DNA of 64,000 nucleotides from Octopus vulgaris (Eukaryota). The position numbers and the translations under genes are program-made. This document shows, in pieces, positions 38,806 through 52,960 of the stretch; within the stretch, counting starts at the first letter, position 1, and every line of letters begins with the position of its first letter. The stretch lies in contig OX597822.1 in assembly GCA_951406725.2 (NCBI GenBank), positions 26,784,001 through 26,848,000 on the forward strand, written 5' to 3'. The notes under the pieces were generated by a model. It was not told the origin of the DNA. It was given only the letters and a program-made list of their open reading frames with translations, and did no database searches.

Positions 38806-40099
38806 GATGGCTACTGAATAATTGTCACATTATTTTACATATATATATATATATATATATATGTATATGTATACACACACACACACACACACATACATAC
38901 ATGCATAGAGAATAATCTTTTAAACACAAATTCTGTGGCGTAGTTGGTGTTATTAAGTGCATCCAGCCATAAAATCCATGTCAAAGCAGATACTGTAGTC
39001 TGGTGTAGTCTTCTAACTGGCTGGCTCCTGTCACACCGCCCAACCCATGGCAGCCTGGATTGCAGGCATTAAACAATAATAATGATGATGATGATGGTGG
39101 TGGTGGTGTTGGTGTTGAAACTGTGTGCAGCTCTACATTTTGTAATTTATTTTTTTTGTTACTTATCTTGAAGTAGGATCTAACTCAGTTTGATGTTTAG
39201 TTTAATCTAATAACTTTTCTTTTTTGCTTTTTTGCTTTTTAAAAAATTTTACTTTTTCATATTTGTTTTTGTTTTTTTTCTCTAAATACATTTATTTGTG
39301 CAACACAAACTCACTCAATTCCCTTGCTAATTTTCTGTGAATTAGATTTTAAATGAATTGAAATAGAATTGAGCTGCATTTGCATTTATTATTTTTGATG
39401 ATGTTGTTGTCGTTGTTGATGTTATTGCTATTGTTGGTGTTGTCATCCTTGGTATTGTTCTTGTTACTATCTAGCATTAGACCTACGATCAAAGGCATTC
39501 CAGCCATGATTAACCTGTTGTTTTCCTATGTGCAACTGACCCAGAACTGCCTCATCTTAGGCTTCATTTTTTTCTTCTAAAAGGCTGTGTGGTGGATGGA
39601 GAGATTTGAGTGATTTGGTTGTTTTTCCTTGCAGCTTCAGCAGCCATGTAGAGGTTCTCTTGTGAGCTTGGAAATTTTATTCTATTTTATAACAGATAGG
39701 TCTATTATTGGCAATGCATGGTTTGCTTCTGGTGGTGATTTACCATTATAGAAGAGAGAATCTCTTCTAGGTTAAAATAAAGCTAAGTTCAAGAAGATGC
39801 ATAATTTTATTTCTAATTTAAAAATTTTTCTTTTTTTCTTTTCCATAAAATACAAGAACATTCTTGAAGGTTTTAGTTATCAGTTGTCATTTATATATAT
39901 AGATATATATACAACAAGTTTATTTCAGTTTCTGTCTACCAAATCCACTCACAGAGCTTTGGTCGGCCCGAGGCTATAGTAGAAGACACTTGCCCATGCC
40001 ATGCAGTGGGACTGAACCTGGAACCATGTGGTTGGAAAGCAAGCACCTATATATATATATATAGTCACTCCTGCACCTATATATATATATATATATATC

Positions 40100-40555
40100 A
40101 CAGTATTGACCAGGTCATCAGATGCTGTTATACACTGCTGGTCATAATGCGCTTCCAATTTTGTCTTGATTGCACCATTCATTTCCAATTTGACCCAAAT
40201 TGCTTGACTAAATTGTCTTCCCAGCATCTTGGATGCCTTCCAAGTAGCCTTTTCCGATTTCTTGTATATCATATTGTTCACTCCACTTCATTCTCAAATC
40301 ATCTCATTTCGGATGTGCTGTCTTAAGTGATGTTCCTAGCATAGGTCTTTCCATGGCCCTTTGCATCATAGCCAATCGATGTTCTGTCCTCTCTGTAGTA
40401 GCCCGCATCTCCCTTGCATATAGAAGTGAAGGTAGGATGATGTTATTGATGATTCTGGTTCATATAGCATTGTCTACCTTTGTTTGGAGTGCATCCTTTA
40501 TTGAGTTAAATGCCTTCCATCTTGCTCTTATGCTATTTGAGATTTCAGCATCCAT
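40100..40555 (-). mobile_element. RTE LINE remnant (second family)
   Basis: MDAEISNSIRARWKAFNSIKDAL...IILPSLLYA.E..ATT....RLAMMQRAMER.MLG..L, then HIRNE after a frameshift. Confidence 0.7.
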
Positions 40556-40673
40556 ATCTCAGCATATATTCACTATATGTGTATACATATGTATATATAC
40601 ACATGCACATATTAAAGTTTGCATGTTGGCATGCATGTGTATTTTACATATGTATGTTTGTGGATATATATAT

Positions 40674-41050
40674 ATAGGCATAGGAGTGGCTTTGTGGTAA
40701 ATAACTTGCTTATGAACCACATGGTTCCGGGTTCAGTCCCTCTGTGTGGCACCTTGGACAAGTGACTTCTATAGCCTTGGGCCAACCAAACCCTTGTCAG
40801 TGGATTTAGTAGACAGAAACTGAAAGAAGCCCGTTGTATATATATGTATGTGTTTGTGTCTGTGTTTGTCCCCCCAACACTGCTTGACAACCGATGGTGG
40901 TGTGTTTACGTCCCTGTAACTTAATGGTTCGGCAAAAGAGACCGATAGAATAAGTACTAGGCTTACAAAGAATAAGTCCTGGGGTCGATTTGCTCAACTA
41001 AAGGTGGTGCTCCAGCATGACCACAGTCAAATGACTGAAACAAATAAAGA
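40674..41050 (+). mobile_element. SINE family B
   Basis: Full-length homologue of 33531-33934. Confidence 0.8.
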
Positions 41051-41180
41051 TATATATATATATATGTACATGTGTGTGTGTGTGTTCTGTTAACTAGTCA
41101 ATTATATTGTGATTTTGTTCTCTGCATGTTCTTATGGCACTGTGAGAAATTGGCATTACCACTGCATCCACCATCCTATC

Positions 41181-41223
<43 letters not shown>

Positions 41224-41924
41224 CAAGTCACAGAGACTTATATTTTTCATACATCTCTTTCATTGCATTCCTATAGGATGGCATAATTGAAATTTAATAA
41301 TATATTTAAATCTACTTTCTTAGCATACACATATATAGGGAATGCTGTTAATAGCTGAAAAAGAAGAAATCACATTTTCAAGAAAAATATGAATAAATCA
41401 TACCTACTCTGTAATTAGAACTGAATTCTTTTGAATTGTTGATTTTCTACCCTAGCAACTTGGTTGCCTAAATTGCATACATGCATGCATGCATGAATAT
41501 AGATATGTGTGTGTGTATGCGTGCATAATACATGTAAATGTATACATATATTCATATCTCTCTCACTCTATCTAGTGATCTTTTTCTCCCTCCATATATA
41601 TGTCTATATATATATATATGTATATATGGAGAAGGAGAAATATGAATGTCTATATTTATGTATATATACACACATGTGCGCGCATAAGCATGCATGCACA
41701 CACACACACACATCTATATTCATACATGTATACGTTTATATATGTGACTACTTGTTTTTATATATATGTATATATATATATATATTTCTCTCTCTCACTC
41801 CGTATATAGAGATAGATAGATAGATAGATAGATAGATAGGATTCATGAGAGTTGTGTGTGTAGATAGTTTCCATTTTTATAATTTACAAAATCATGAAAT
41901 CTATCCTCGGGAGAAAAGAGTTTC

Positions 41925-41956
<32 letters not shown>

Positions 41957-42385
41957 TTGGTGATGGTGATGGTGGTTGTGGTTGTGGTGGTGATGATGAT
42001 GATGATGATGATGTGTGTGTACATATGTGTTTATCTGTACTATGCTGAAAAGAAATAGCATTGGTGGTTTCTTTACATCAGCAGCAAGTTAGTTATTTAT
42101 TTTGAGATCCTTTGGAGATTAAAAACCCGGCAGTTTAGCTCCAAGTGACAAAAAAGAAAGTCATGTATTTTGTTTTATTACATGTCATCTTATTTAATAT
42201 TACTGTCTTCAAGTTGTTGCACTTGTACGTGTTACGAATAAATCAATTTATATAGCAATTCTCATGGAATCAAAGACAATAATATTTGTTTTGATTCTCC
42301 GTTGTTTCTGAAAATAAGTTGTAGGAGAGACAATATTTCCTTGCTAAGTGGGTAGCATATTAGGTCTGTGTTGTTAACCCACTGA

Positions 42386-42554
42386 GGCTGCGATATTTGC
42401 CCAAGGGCTGTGATATTTGCCCAAGGTGCTGTGATATTTACCCAAGGGCTGTGATATTTACCCAAGGGCTGTGATATTTGCCCAAGAGCTGTGATATTTA
42501 CCCAAGGGTTGTGATATTTGCCCAAGGGCTGTGATATTTGCCCAAGGTGCTGTG
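42386..42554. repeat. Minisatellite, 20-bp unit x8
   Basis: Unit ggctgtgatattt(g/a)cccaag repeated in tandem. Confidence 0.9.
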
Positions 42555-42880
42555 TGGTGTAACTGAACCTGGAGCACTGGATACTATGTTCTACATTACC
42601 TCTGTTCATCTGACCACTGTCTGGTTATCAAACAAGTTTCTGTTTGAACGTTATTGAGATTTTTGAGAAAGTATGAACATTATTGAGATTTGTATTCTGC
42701 ATGTAAAGGTAGATAACTAAATACCACAAGATATTTTGCCCAACCCACTATCAATTTTATTGATTACTGCTAAAACCAAAACATTAATGCTGAATAAACT
42801 ATCACTCTTATAATAAATACCATTGTGTATTTATATATTTCAGTCATATTAGAGTTATCTGCCTTGTTTACTAAAAGAGC

Positions 42881-43172
42881 AAAGATCTCCTTTGGTCATG
42901 AATGGTCATGGGTTTGCACCTAGAAAATTCCCCTCTGAGGCATAAGTCTGGGCTCACCAGTCCTCCCACCAATGTTATCCAAGGGAAAGGCAAAGACTGA
43001 TACAGCTTGGCACCAGTGACATCACAACTTGTTTCTACAGCTGAGTGGACTGGAGCAACATAAAATAAAGTGTCTTGCTCAAAAACAAAACACACAGCCT
43101 GGTCCAAGAATCGAACTCACTACCTCATGATTGTGAGCCCAATGCTGTAGCCACTGAGCCATGCACCTTCAC
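42881..43172 (-). mobile_element. SINE family A
   Basis: Reverse-complement homologue. Confidence 0.75.
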
Positions 43173-43917
43173 ATTGTACTATTGCACATGTTTTACTATT
43201 GTACAAGTAAATACATTTCAAATATCTACTGCTACAATTGAATAAAATTTTCTGCATTTTAACCTTATTTCATAATTATTTTCAATATTTTTAAGTAAGC
43301 TAAATATATTTGCTACCGTTATTGATAGCATGGGCTCACAAGTGAATGTATAAAACATTAGCTGTTCCAACAAACCACATGCAAATGTTGAACTGTGTAG
43401 CTGCACCTTGTCCTTGTTTGCTTCGTAAACTAGATATAATATTTTCAAAATGTTTGTATGTGAAATTTTATTTTTGTTTTTTGTTTCTTAGAAACAAAAT
43501 AAACTGATTTGCATATTGTGTTTATGTTTAAATTGAGAGTATTTGTGATGTTGTCGTTGAGCTAGGCTGCTGATTGGACAGAGATGTTCCAGCTGTGACA
43601 ATTTTATTTCATATTTTTTTGCTGATATATTGTATTTAGGATTACACTATGCAAATAGCCTTCAATTTTTTTAAAGATAGTTGGATGTACTTTAGTGGTA
43701 GTGGTAGGAGTTGATTGTTAATGTTTAGAGTTTTACTCTTGCTGTGTTTGTGTGTAAATATACATAAGGAATAGAAAAGTCAATAAAATGTGACAGCCTG
43801 TTTCTGAAAATTAGAAAAAAAGGGGCTAAATTCAATTAAGTTAACTGAGTTACACTGAAATCATTAGCTACTCTTGCTGTTTAACCCCAAGTAAATCTTG
43901 ATTGAGCAGGTCTATGA

Positions 43918-44146
43918 TTAACCCTTTCGTTACCAACCCGGCTGAAACCAGCTCTGGCTCTGTAGCATAAATGTCTTGTTTTCAGAAGTTTTGAATTAAA
44001 ATCTTCCACCAAATCTTATATGCAATTTATGTTCCTAACACTAGCTTAATGATAACAAAGTTATTTTACTAAATTCTTTGTTATATTTTAAATAATTGAA
44101 AGAAACACAGAGCATCTCAACAGAAATATGGTAACAAAAGGGTTAA
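43918..44146. mobile_element. TTAA-flanked MITE (third family) nested in an older repeat
   Basis: ttaa-ccctttcgttacc ... ggtaacaaaaggg-ttaa. Removing it restores tctatga-ttaa-aggcattcc, as seen in an old dispersed repeat (e.g. about 39480-39510). Confidence 0.75.
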
Positions 44147-44504
44147 AGGCATTCCAACCATGACCGTCTCAACTCTCTTTTTTTTTAAAGTATAGTATGT
44201 CCTGATTTACATGATCCAGTGTTCAGTATAAGCACACAAAGTGGTGAGCATCAAATTAATGATGTGTACTTTTATATCTAACACATTTCTGCATACAAGA
44301 ATGCAAAAGGCATTCACTCTGGGACTGTCTCAGAGAACAAATAAACGTATACATAGGTAAAGGTATGGTAAAGACATGGATGGCTTTGTGACTAAGAAGT
44401 TTGCTTCAGAACCACATGGTAAGGGGTTCAGTCCCACTGTGTGAATTTTGTTGGCTAACATTCTATACTAGAGCCTCCTCGTGAGGGAAATAGGTTGGTA
44501 GAAA

Positions 44505-44555
<51 letters not shown>

Positions 44556-45187
44556 CATGTGTGTGTGTGTGTGTGTGTTTTCTCCCTGCTTTTACATGTT
44601 CAGTATCTGTAAACAAAGCAACAGCCTCACTATCAATACAAGCAGTAGTATCATATATTTACTGTCAACCACAAAAGCTTCTTTGGTCTTCTTGGCATAT
44701 CTTAAGATGTTGTGCAATCTTTGTAAACAAGAGAGACTCTTAAGTGTGTCCAGGCTATTTTGTTGATCGATAAATTAGGAGATTATAATCTTATTTGGTA
44801 ACAGGTGAGGTTTGCTGATAGGAAACTGCATCCAGCTGTAGAAAATCTGACTCAACAGATTCCATCTGATCCATACTACCACAAAAAAGTGGATGTTAAG
44901 ATGATGATGCTGACAACAATGATGGTAATAATGTTGAATAATGATGACTATGAAGATGAGTACCAGTTGAGTACTGGAGTCAATGTAATTGACTTACTCA
45001 CTTCCCTGACCTTCTTGGCCTTGTACCAAAATTTGAAATTGTTATTACTATCATTAAGTTGTCAAACGAGCAGAATTGTAATTTTGCTGGGCAAAATACT
45101 GAGCATCTTTTCAGCCATTTTTACATTCTGAATTCAAATTATCATTCTTTGATGTGATATAAATTTCCTAACATGTATACAAGGCCT

Positions 45188-45451
45188 CAGTGGAGGCACG
45201 TGGCTTAGTGGTTAGGGTGTCAGCACCATGATCATAAGATTGTGGTTTCGATTCCTGGACTGGGTGACGCGTTGTATTCTTGAGCAAAACACTTCATTTC
45301 ACATTGCTCCAGTCCACTCAGCTGGCAAAAATGAGTAACGCTGTGATGGACTGGCATCTCGTCCAGCTGGGGAACACATACGCCATAGAAACTGGGAAAC
45401 CGGGCCCATGAGCCTGGCTAGGCTTTAAAAAGGGGCGCATTTATTTATTTT
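45188..45451 (+). mobile_element. tRNA-derived SINE (family A head, different tail) with 12-bp TSD
   Basis: A box tggcttagtgg, B box gtttcgattcc. TSD tatacaaggcct at 45176-87 and 45452-63. Confidence 0.8.
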
Positions 45452-46173
45452 TATACAAGGCCTAAAATTCTGTGGCTGGGATTATAATATTCCTTGTGTT
45501 GATCCAATTACTTTGATTTTAGTGACCTTAGAAGACAAATGGTAAAGTTAACCCCAGCAGGTTTTGAACTCAGAGTATGAATGTCACAAAAGAGCAACTA
45601 CCAAGTATTTCGTGAAACACTGTACAAATTCTGTCTTTCACTTCATTCTGATGAAATAATAATAACGTCTTCTGTAGGCACAAAAATTTGTCCAACAGGA
45701 TATTTTGCTGACCCCTGTACTTGACTGGTACTTCATTTTATTGACTCCCCTACCTCCCGCCACAACCTGAAATGCTAAGCCATTGTCAACTCAATAATTA
45801 AAGTAAGGATGTAAAGGATCTGTATCAAAATACAGGTGTGGGCAAGGTATTTATTTTAAGCTGGTATACCAACCAGCCTTCTCTGCTTATGAGAAAGCCT
45901 CTGGCATGGTCACTCAGTCACTCATTTTGTTAGAAATATCAACCGAATTACATTCAAATTACACACTATCATCTTAAGAAAAAGGACACATTGGTCGATG
46001 TGGTTCTTGATAGTCAGTATCAGTGGTAGGGCAGGGGCGAAAAAAAAACCTTTAAAAAAAGTGAGGGAACTCTTACTCCTGGAATGTTTCTTGATTATTA
46101 GTTTGCTGAAACTCACACAACAGCAATAACAACAACTGCAACATCAATTAAAGGCTGTAGAGATTGTTGCCAT

Positions 46174-46360
46174 ATAGGCATAGGAGTGGCTGTGTGGTAA
46201 GTAGCTTGCTTACCAACTACATGGTTCTGGGTTCAGTCCCACTGCGTGGCATCTTGGACAAGTGTTTTCTACTATAGCCTCGGGCTGACCAAAGCCTTGT
46301 GAGTGGATTTGGTAGTGAGTGGATTTAGACGGAAACTGAAAGAAGCCCATCGTATATATG

Positions 46361-46407
<47 letters not shown>

Positions 46408-46610
46408 TTGTGTATCTGTGTTTGTCCCCACAACATCGCTCGACAACCGATGCTGGTGTGTTTACATCCCCGTAACTTAGCGGTTCGGCAAAAGAGACCG
46501 ATAGAATAAGTACTAGGCTTAAAAAGAATAAGTCCTGGGGTCAATTTGCTCAACTAAAGGCGGTGCTCCAGCATGGCCACAGTCAAATGACTGAAACAAG
46601 TAAAAGAGTA
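46174..46610 (+). mobile_element. SINE family B
   Basis: Full-length homologue with a local duplication of gtgagtggattt. Confidence 0.8.
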
Positions 46611-47586
46611 TAGTGCTTTTCTCAATATCACTCTTGCAGAATTTTTCCTTTTTTTTTTTGAATTTTTTTTTCTCTAGAGATTTATGTCATCCCTCATAAA
46701 TATTTTCTTATACAAACAACAAATTCTGAACCAGTTTTCCTATGTACTGGGCTGGAGGGGGGGGGAGACAAGGTGGTTGGCCCAGATGGTGGGTTGTAAT
46801 GTTTATAGCTACATGTGAAATTAATTACCTTGGATGACAATTAACTGAAGTGCTGACAAATTGTTGTAGCCACCTAAGTGACTGTGGTTGATAGAGGTGA
46901 GAGTATTTATATTACTAGTGGCTTTAGTGTTTGTTGATGACAACCACATACATAGTTGATGACAGGAGTATAGATGGACATAATATAGGTTAAATGAACA
47001 TAATACAGGTAAAGTGGACATAATACACGGGTTGCTTGTTATCAAGATTTATGGCTGTCTGTTGCTATTTCTCAATTGCTGACAGAACAAATGTCAGGTA
47101 GGGTATATGCTGTCTCTTGAATATGATAATCACAGCTCAGTGTCTACATCAGTGATTATAAACCATTTTTGTTTATGGACCCCTTTGATTACTATTCCAT
47201 TCTGATGGACCCCACCCCTGTAGTGATTCCATGTTTAAAAGCTAGTTTTATAAATTTTTCTTTCAAAATTCCTATTTTGTTTTTCACACATTAACATGTG
47301 TAGATTGAACTTTGTGAAGTGTTTTTAAAAGAAACCTAGCTGTTTCTGTGAATAAATACTCCTAAAGCAAAATTTTTTTTTTTTCGTGGACCTTTAAATT
47401 ACTGTGGGTCCCCAATTTACTATTTTGTTTACACTGACCCCCCCTCCAAAAAAAAACTTATGTGGATCCCAGTTGAGAATTATTGGTCCCTATGCATCAG
47501 CTTATAAATTTAATGTGGTGGTGAGTTGTATGATGCATCTTGTTCTGTACATGTATTGAGGGAGACATTAAAACCAACACTTAATG

Positions 47587-47821
47587 TCTTAAATATAGAC
47601 CTGAACAACAACAATAATAATAACAATAATAATAATAATAATAACATCAAAAAATACCTTAGGAATGAGAACCCAGGTTCAAAATTTCCCCAAGACACCT
47701 GAAGAAGGCTGAAGGGTATATCAGTGGAAATGTGTTAACAACAAACAAGATGAGGACAAATATCCGTCGAATGTAAATAATGTAAATAGTGTACATAATT
47801 CCTCATCTCTTAAATATAGAA
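47587..47821 (+). mobile_element. Short PLE-like repeat with a degenerate hammerhead
   Basis: tcttaaatataga is repeated at both ends. acac CTGAAGA a ggctg...cagtg GAAA tgtgt at about 47695-47736. Confidence 0.45.
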
Positions 47822-49908
47822 CTGTAAGACCAACACTTATTATGTACATTGGGGCAGTGAGCTGGCAGAGTCATTACAACCTGGGATACTTAGTGTTATT
47901 TCTTTCAGCTTTCTTCTTTTAGTTCAAATACTGGTGAAGCCAACACTTTGCCTTTCATCTTTTCATCATCGACAAAGTACCAGTCAAGTCCAGCATTGGA
48001 GTTGGAGGGAAGATCACCACTATGGTGGGTGCAGTCCTTCCTTCCTTCCTTTGGCAGAAGGCCAGTGGTTTTGATGGGGGTTGGGGGGTAAGTTGATTAC
48101 ATCAACCCTCAGTGTTCCACTGGTTCTTATTTTATCAACCCCGAAAGGATGAAAGGCAAAGTGGACCTCAGTGTGATTTGAACTCAGAATGTCAAGACAA
48201 ATGAAATGCCACTAAGCATTTTGCCTGGCATGCTAACAATTCTGCCAGCTTACCACCTTAAGAGTATGTAAGATATTGTAGTCTTAGATATATAATGTCT
48301 GGAATAAAATGCAAGATGTTCATAACTGCAATACATTTGATCTTAGGTCTGTTCAGTCTTGGTTGACTGACCTGCAGGCTAAACAACAACAACAACAGCA
48401 GCAGCAGTTAATTTTTCTCTCTCCTATGATAAATTCTAAGATTTCACTCTCTTCTCTGCTGGCATTATGATATATTTGTCTTTCTGAAGGTTTTTGTACT
48501 TACTATATAACAATGTAAACCATCGCTTGTTTCCACAGATTCTGTTTTGCTGTTATTGTCTATATTGTTGTCATGGACACTCAAAGTGTTGCCACATAAG
48601 ATGCCGTTGTTAAATAATTGTTTCTAATTTAGGCTCCAGGGCCAGAGTTTTTGAGGTGGGGTGTTTGTTGATTATATGTTCATAATTTCGAGGGAACTAT
48701 ACCAGTATTTGACTTGTAGTTCATTTTTATCTCTCCTTGAATGGTGAAAAGCTATATTAACTTTAACAGGATTTGAACTCAAAATTTAATGAGTTGGAAC
48801 AAACACTGCAAACCATTTTGTCTGATACTTTAATGATTCTGCAATTCCAATAATCCTTTCTACTATAGGCACAATTTGGCAGGAGGGGGTCAGTCGATTA
48901 GATCGACCCCAGTATGCAACTGGTACTTAATTTTTTGACCCCAAAAGGATGACAGGCAAAGTTGACCTTGGCAGAATTTGAACTCAGAGCATAAAGACCG
49001 ACGAAATACCACTAAACATTTTGCGAAATGCTGCAAATCCAATAATAATAATTTTTATACTATATGCACAAGGCCTGAAATTTTGGGGGAGGGGCCTAAT
49101 TTATTAGATTGATTCCAGTGAATGACTGTTCCTTTACTTTATCAGTCCTGAAAGGTTGAAAAGCAAAGTTGACTTTGGCAGGATTTGAACTCAGTATGTT
49201 AAAATGGATGAAGCTGTGCTTAGCATTTTGTCTGACTTGCTAATGATTCTGCTAGCTCATCACTTTAAATCCAACAACAATAATAATAATTTCTCATTTT
49301 GGTACAAGGTCAGTAATTTTGTGGGGAGGAAAATAGATGATAATATCAACCCCAGTCCCTTGTACTTGACAAGTATTTTATTTCATTGATCCCCTTTCTC
49401 AGAAGGACGACTGGCAAAAACGACCTCGGTGAAATTTTAACTCAGAAGGTGAACAGACAGAACAAAGTACCACATGGCTGCTGTTTGGAACATAATTGAA
49501 CAAAAAAGTTCAAACAGGAAATCATAACAGATTTTAATTAGAGAATGAATACATTAACTTTTTTGATCCCAGGCCATCTGAGATCACCTCTGGCTTTGGT
49601 GATACGCTTCTCCTGATTCTAAATTAAAACTTCTAATTATATTTTTATATAAGAACAATTTATTTATTTCACTAAATCACTAAAATTTCTTGCAACGATT
49701 ATCTTCGAAATTAATTCAAATACCGTGTATTTTATTAGAAATATGTTAATGAGTGCATTTTAAAAGAAGCAGGTTTCGTATCGAAGATGCTTTCACGTTC
49801 TTGTCTCAGGCTCTTGTATCAAGAGGGCTAACACTTTTACCTTCACTCACTCACCTGTTTTAACTGCTTAGCAATAATAAACGATTCCTTTATTTTGTTT
49901 CTTTTCAG

Positions 49909-49961
49909 TGGTTGGTGTAGGATCTTGGTGCTTTCATATGACCTTGCTCTACAGTATGCAG
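49909..49961 (+). CDS. ACER3: Internal coding exon (53 bp) of an alkaline ceramidase 3-like gene
   Basis: Polypyrimidine tract and acceptor (tttattttgtttcttttcag), donor CAG|gtactg. Translates to (x)VGVGSWCFHMTLLYSMQ, matching the ACER3 segment VGMGSWCFHMTLKYEMQ with the CREST-family SxxxH zinc-ligand motif. As recalled, the vertebrate ACER3 exon for this segment has the same boundaries. Confidence 0.88.
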
Positions 49962-51106
49962 GTACTGAAAAATTTTCTTTCTCTCCTACCTCTTGTTCTT
50001 TTTCTGTTCTTCATTTAAAAATTTTAACTTTCTTTTTCCTCCTAATGTATTTCAATTAAATTAATATTTAATTAATCTAATATTTTAGCTCAGCCAGTTT
50101 CTTTTTCATTTTTGCTTTTATATTTTTGGTTTTCATAATGTTTTTTTTTTTGTGGGTGGGGAGTGTTATTCCTGTTTTATTTTCAGGAAAAGTAATTCAT
50201 TTGTTTAATCAAAATTTCCATTTTTGATTACCTTTCTTTAAAAAACATCACATTAGTTTCTCCGCTCCGTCATCATCATCATCATCATCATCACCACTAC
50301 TGCTACCATCACCAGTACCATCATCATTAACCTAATCTCGATTGTGAAGCATCATTATTAATATTTTCGCATTCATAATCTTAATTAATTTTTCTCAGGA
50401 AATTTCATGTGTTCAATATTAATTAGGATATCTTGGAAACCTTCTTATGGTTGTAACCCAAGTATAATCTGGATAATGCAAAAACTCATTAGTTGTAAAA
50501 CCATCTTTGAGCTTCATTAAGTTTCTCTGTTCTGGAAGCCCTTTCAATCAAGTTGGGTATCCATTTTGTGGAGGATTTTTGCTTATCCATTTCTTTAGCA
50601 TGTGTTTTTTTGATGGTAGTATGGGTTTGATGAGAGAGATATATCTGGCAAGATTCTGTGATGGATACTTTTCCTGTTGCTTTTCCTGTTTTGCAATTAA
50701 GGTTTTTTGTTTTTTATATTCCATTAAACTACAGCAGTGCAAAACAGCTGGTCATAATGTCAACAAGGAATGTCAACTTTATCATTCAAGTGGCAACGAG
50801 CATGGAATATCAACACACACACACACACACACATTGGCAGTCATACATCTGTGTACACACGCGCACACACACACATGCACACACTGGCAATCATACATCC
50901 GTTTACACACACACACACACACGCACACATGCAAAAAAAAGTTTCCTGCAGTTTCGGTGTGCCGTGTTCTTTTACAAGGCATTGGCTACTTTCAGTGATA
51001 GTAGCCAATACTGCCAATACCTACCCATACTGTCACACAACAGAACTGAAACTAAAATTATATGGTTGCAAAGTGATATTCTCAACTACACCACCATACC
51101 TAAGCC

Positions 51107-51144
<38 letters not shown>

Positions 51145-51395
51145 TAAGGTGGTGAGCTGGCAAAATATATATATATAAAACAGGTTTTTTTCTGTTTCCA
51201 CCTACCAAATCCTTTCACAAGGCTATGATCGGCCCAAGGCTATAGTCGAAGGCACTTACTCAAGGTGCCACACAGTGGGACTGAACCAAAAATCTTGTGG
51301 TTGGGAAGCAAGCTTCTTACCACACAACCACACCTGCTCCTATATCCCACACCTAGGCCTATACACCTATACATATGTATGTACGTACGTACATG

Positions 51396-51452
<57 letters not shown>

Positions 51453-52756
51453 GTATATACACACACACACACATACACACTACAAAGTGTCATGAAAAAA
51501 TTCTTTACTGGTTTAGTAGAGTATTATAATTTTATGTAATTTTTTACTGATTTCAGGCAATTGTTCAGCTTCTCTGAAAAATCTTTAGTATATATGAATG
51601 GTTCAGTACAAACATCTCAGTACAAATGTCCAGTTTCATGCAACTTTCCAACTGAAATAAATGGCCACACTAATAGTTCAAATTAATCCTCCTCTACTTC
51701 TTCCTTGCCATTGCTGCCACCACCTCCACCACAACTACCACCACCACCACCATCATCATGTTAATGTTTACTTTTCCATGCTTGTCTGTATTAAATGGAT
51801 TTGTTGAAGCAGCTTTTCTACAGTCTGATGCTCTTGCTGTCACCAACCCCAGCTTGTTTCCCAAGCTGGGTGATATTTCCCCATAACCAAATACGTTTTC
51901 GCAGAAGACTGGAAACAAAGGACCCTACTTGTATAGCAGTGACACAATTGCCTGCTTCTATATCTATTGTGTTATGTCAGGACAAGGAGATGTTTTTCAC
52001 ACACACACATATATGATGGGCCTTTATTGGTTTTCATTGCACAAGCCCATGCACAAATCTTTGGCCAACTTGGGGCTATTATAGAAGACAGTTGTTCTAG
52101 GTACCATGCAGTGGGACTGAACCTGAAATCATGTGGTTAGGAAATGAACTTCCTACTCACACAGCCATGCCTATGCCATGTCCACACACACACACACACA
52201 CACGCGCATCAATCATGTAAGAGTGTAACCTGGCGTTGACTTACCTGTCATCTGCTAAATGCAGCAATGTTGGTAAATGAGAAATTGCATTACATTGCTC
52301 TGCAGTTAATTGACGAGTATGCTATGAATTTCCAGTGCTGTATTCAACAGCTTCTATGCAAAACAAGCATACTCCGTAATAGGCTAGCACTCTGTCTAGT
52401 TGAAGAAATCCACACTCCTGTATATGATTTAATACCACTTTGCAAATTAGTAAAGAGCCTCTATGCAATGGCTTGACCTACTAAAAATAAGAGCCAAATC
52501 ATCCACTGCCACCCTGGTCTGTTATCTTGAAGGATAAAAAAATAGGTTGGTCACAACTGGAAAAACACTTGGTTAATGAATTGAACAACACCTGGTTAAC
52601 GAGTTGGTGTTTTTGTTGTCTCTTATATACTGATTGAACTTGCCAAAGTTTTTTTTTTTACCATTACTGTGTTAAAAACAATGTTTTTATTTTGCTGCTA
52701 AAAGACAAATCAGCAGTCACATGCTAATAAGTAAAGTATGTGTGTGTGTGTGTATT

Positions 52757-52832
<76 letters not shown>

Positions 52833-52960
52833 ACAAACTTTGTAAGTGTTGAATGTGTTTGCTATTTTACAGAAAGTAAATTTCAGCTGCAGTAAAGCTG
52901 TAAGAACAGCAAAGAAAGATTTGGTATTTACTCTTATGAAATAGAAAAAAGTTACCAGCA

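Noticed and set aside
42386-42554. CRISPR-like appearance of regular repeats (also 4459-4700)
   Set aside because: Units are contiguous with no unique spacers, no cas genes are present and the context is eukaryotic.
49910-49960. Alternative exon frame GWCRILVLSYDLALQYA
   Set aside because: The other open frame matches the ACER3 motif closely; this one matches nothing I recognise.
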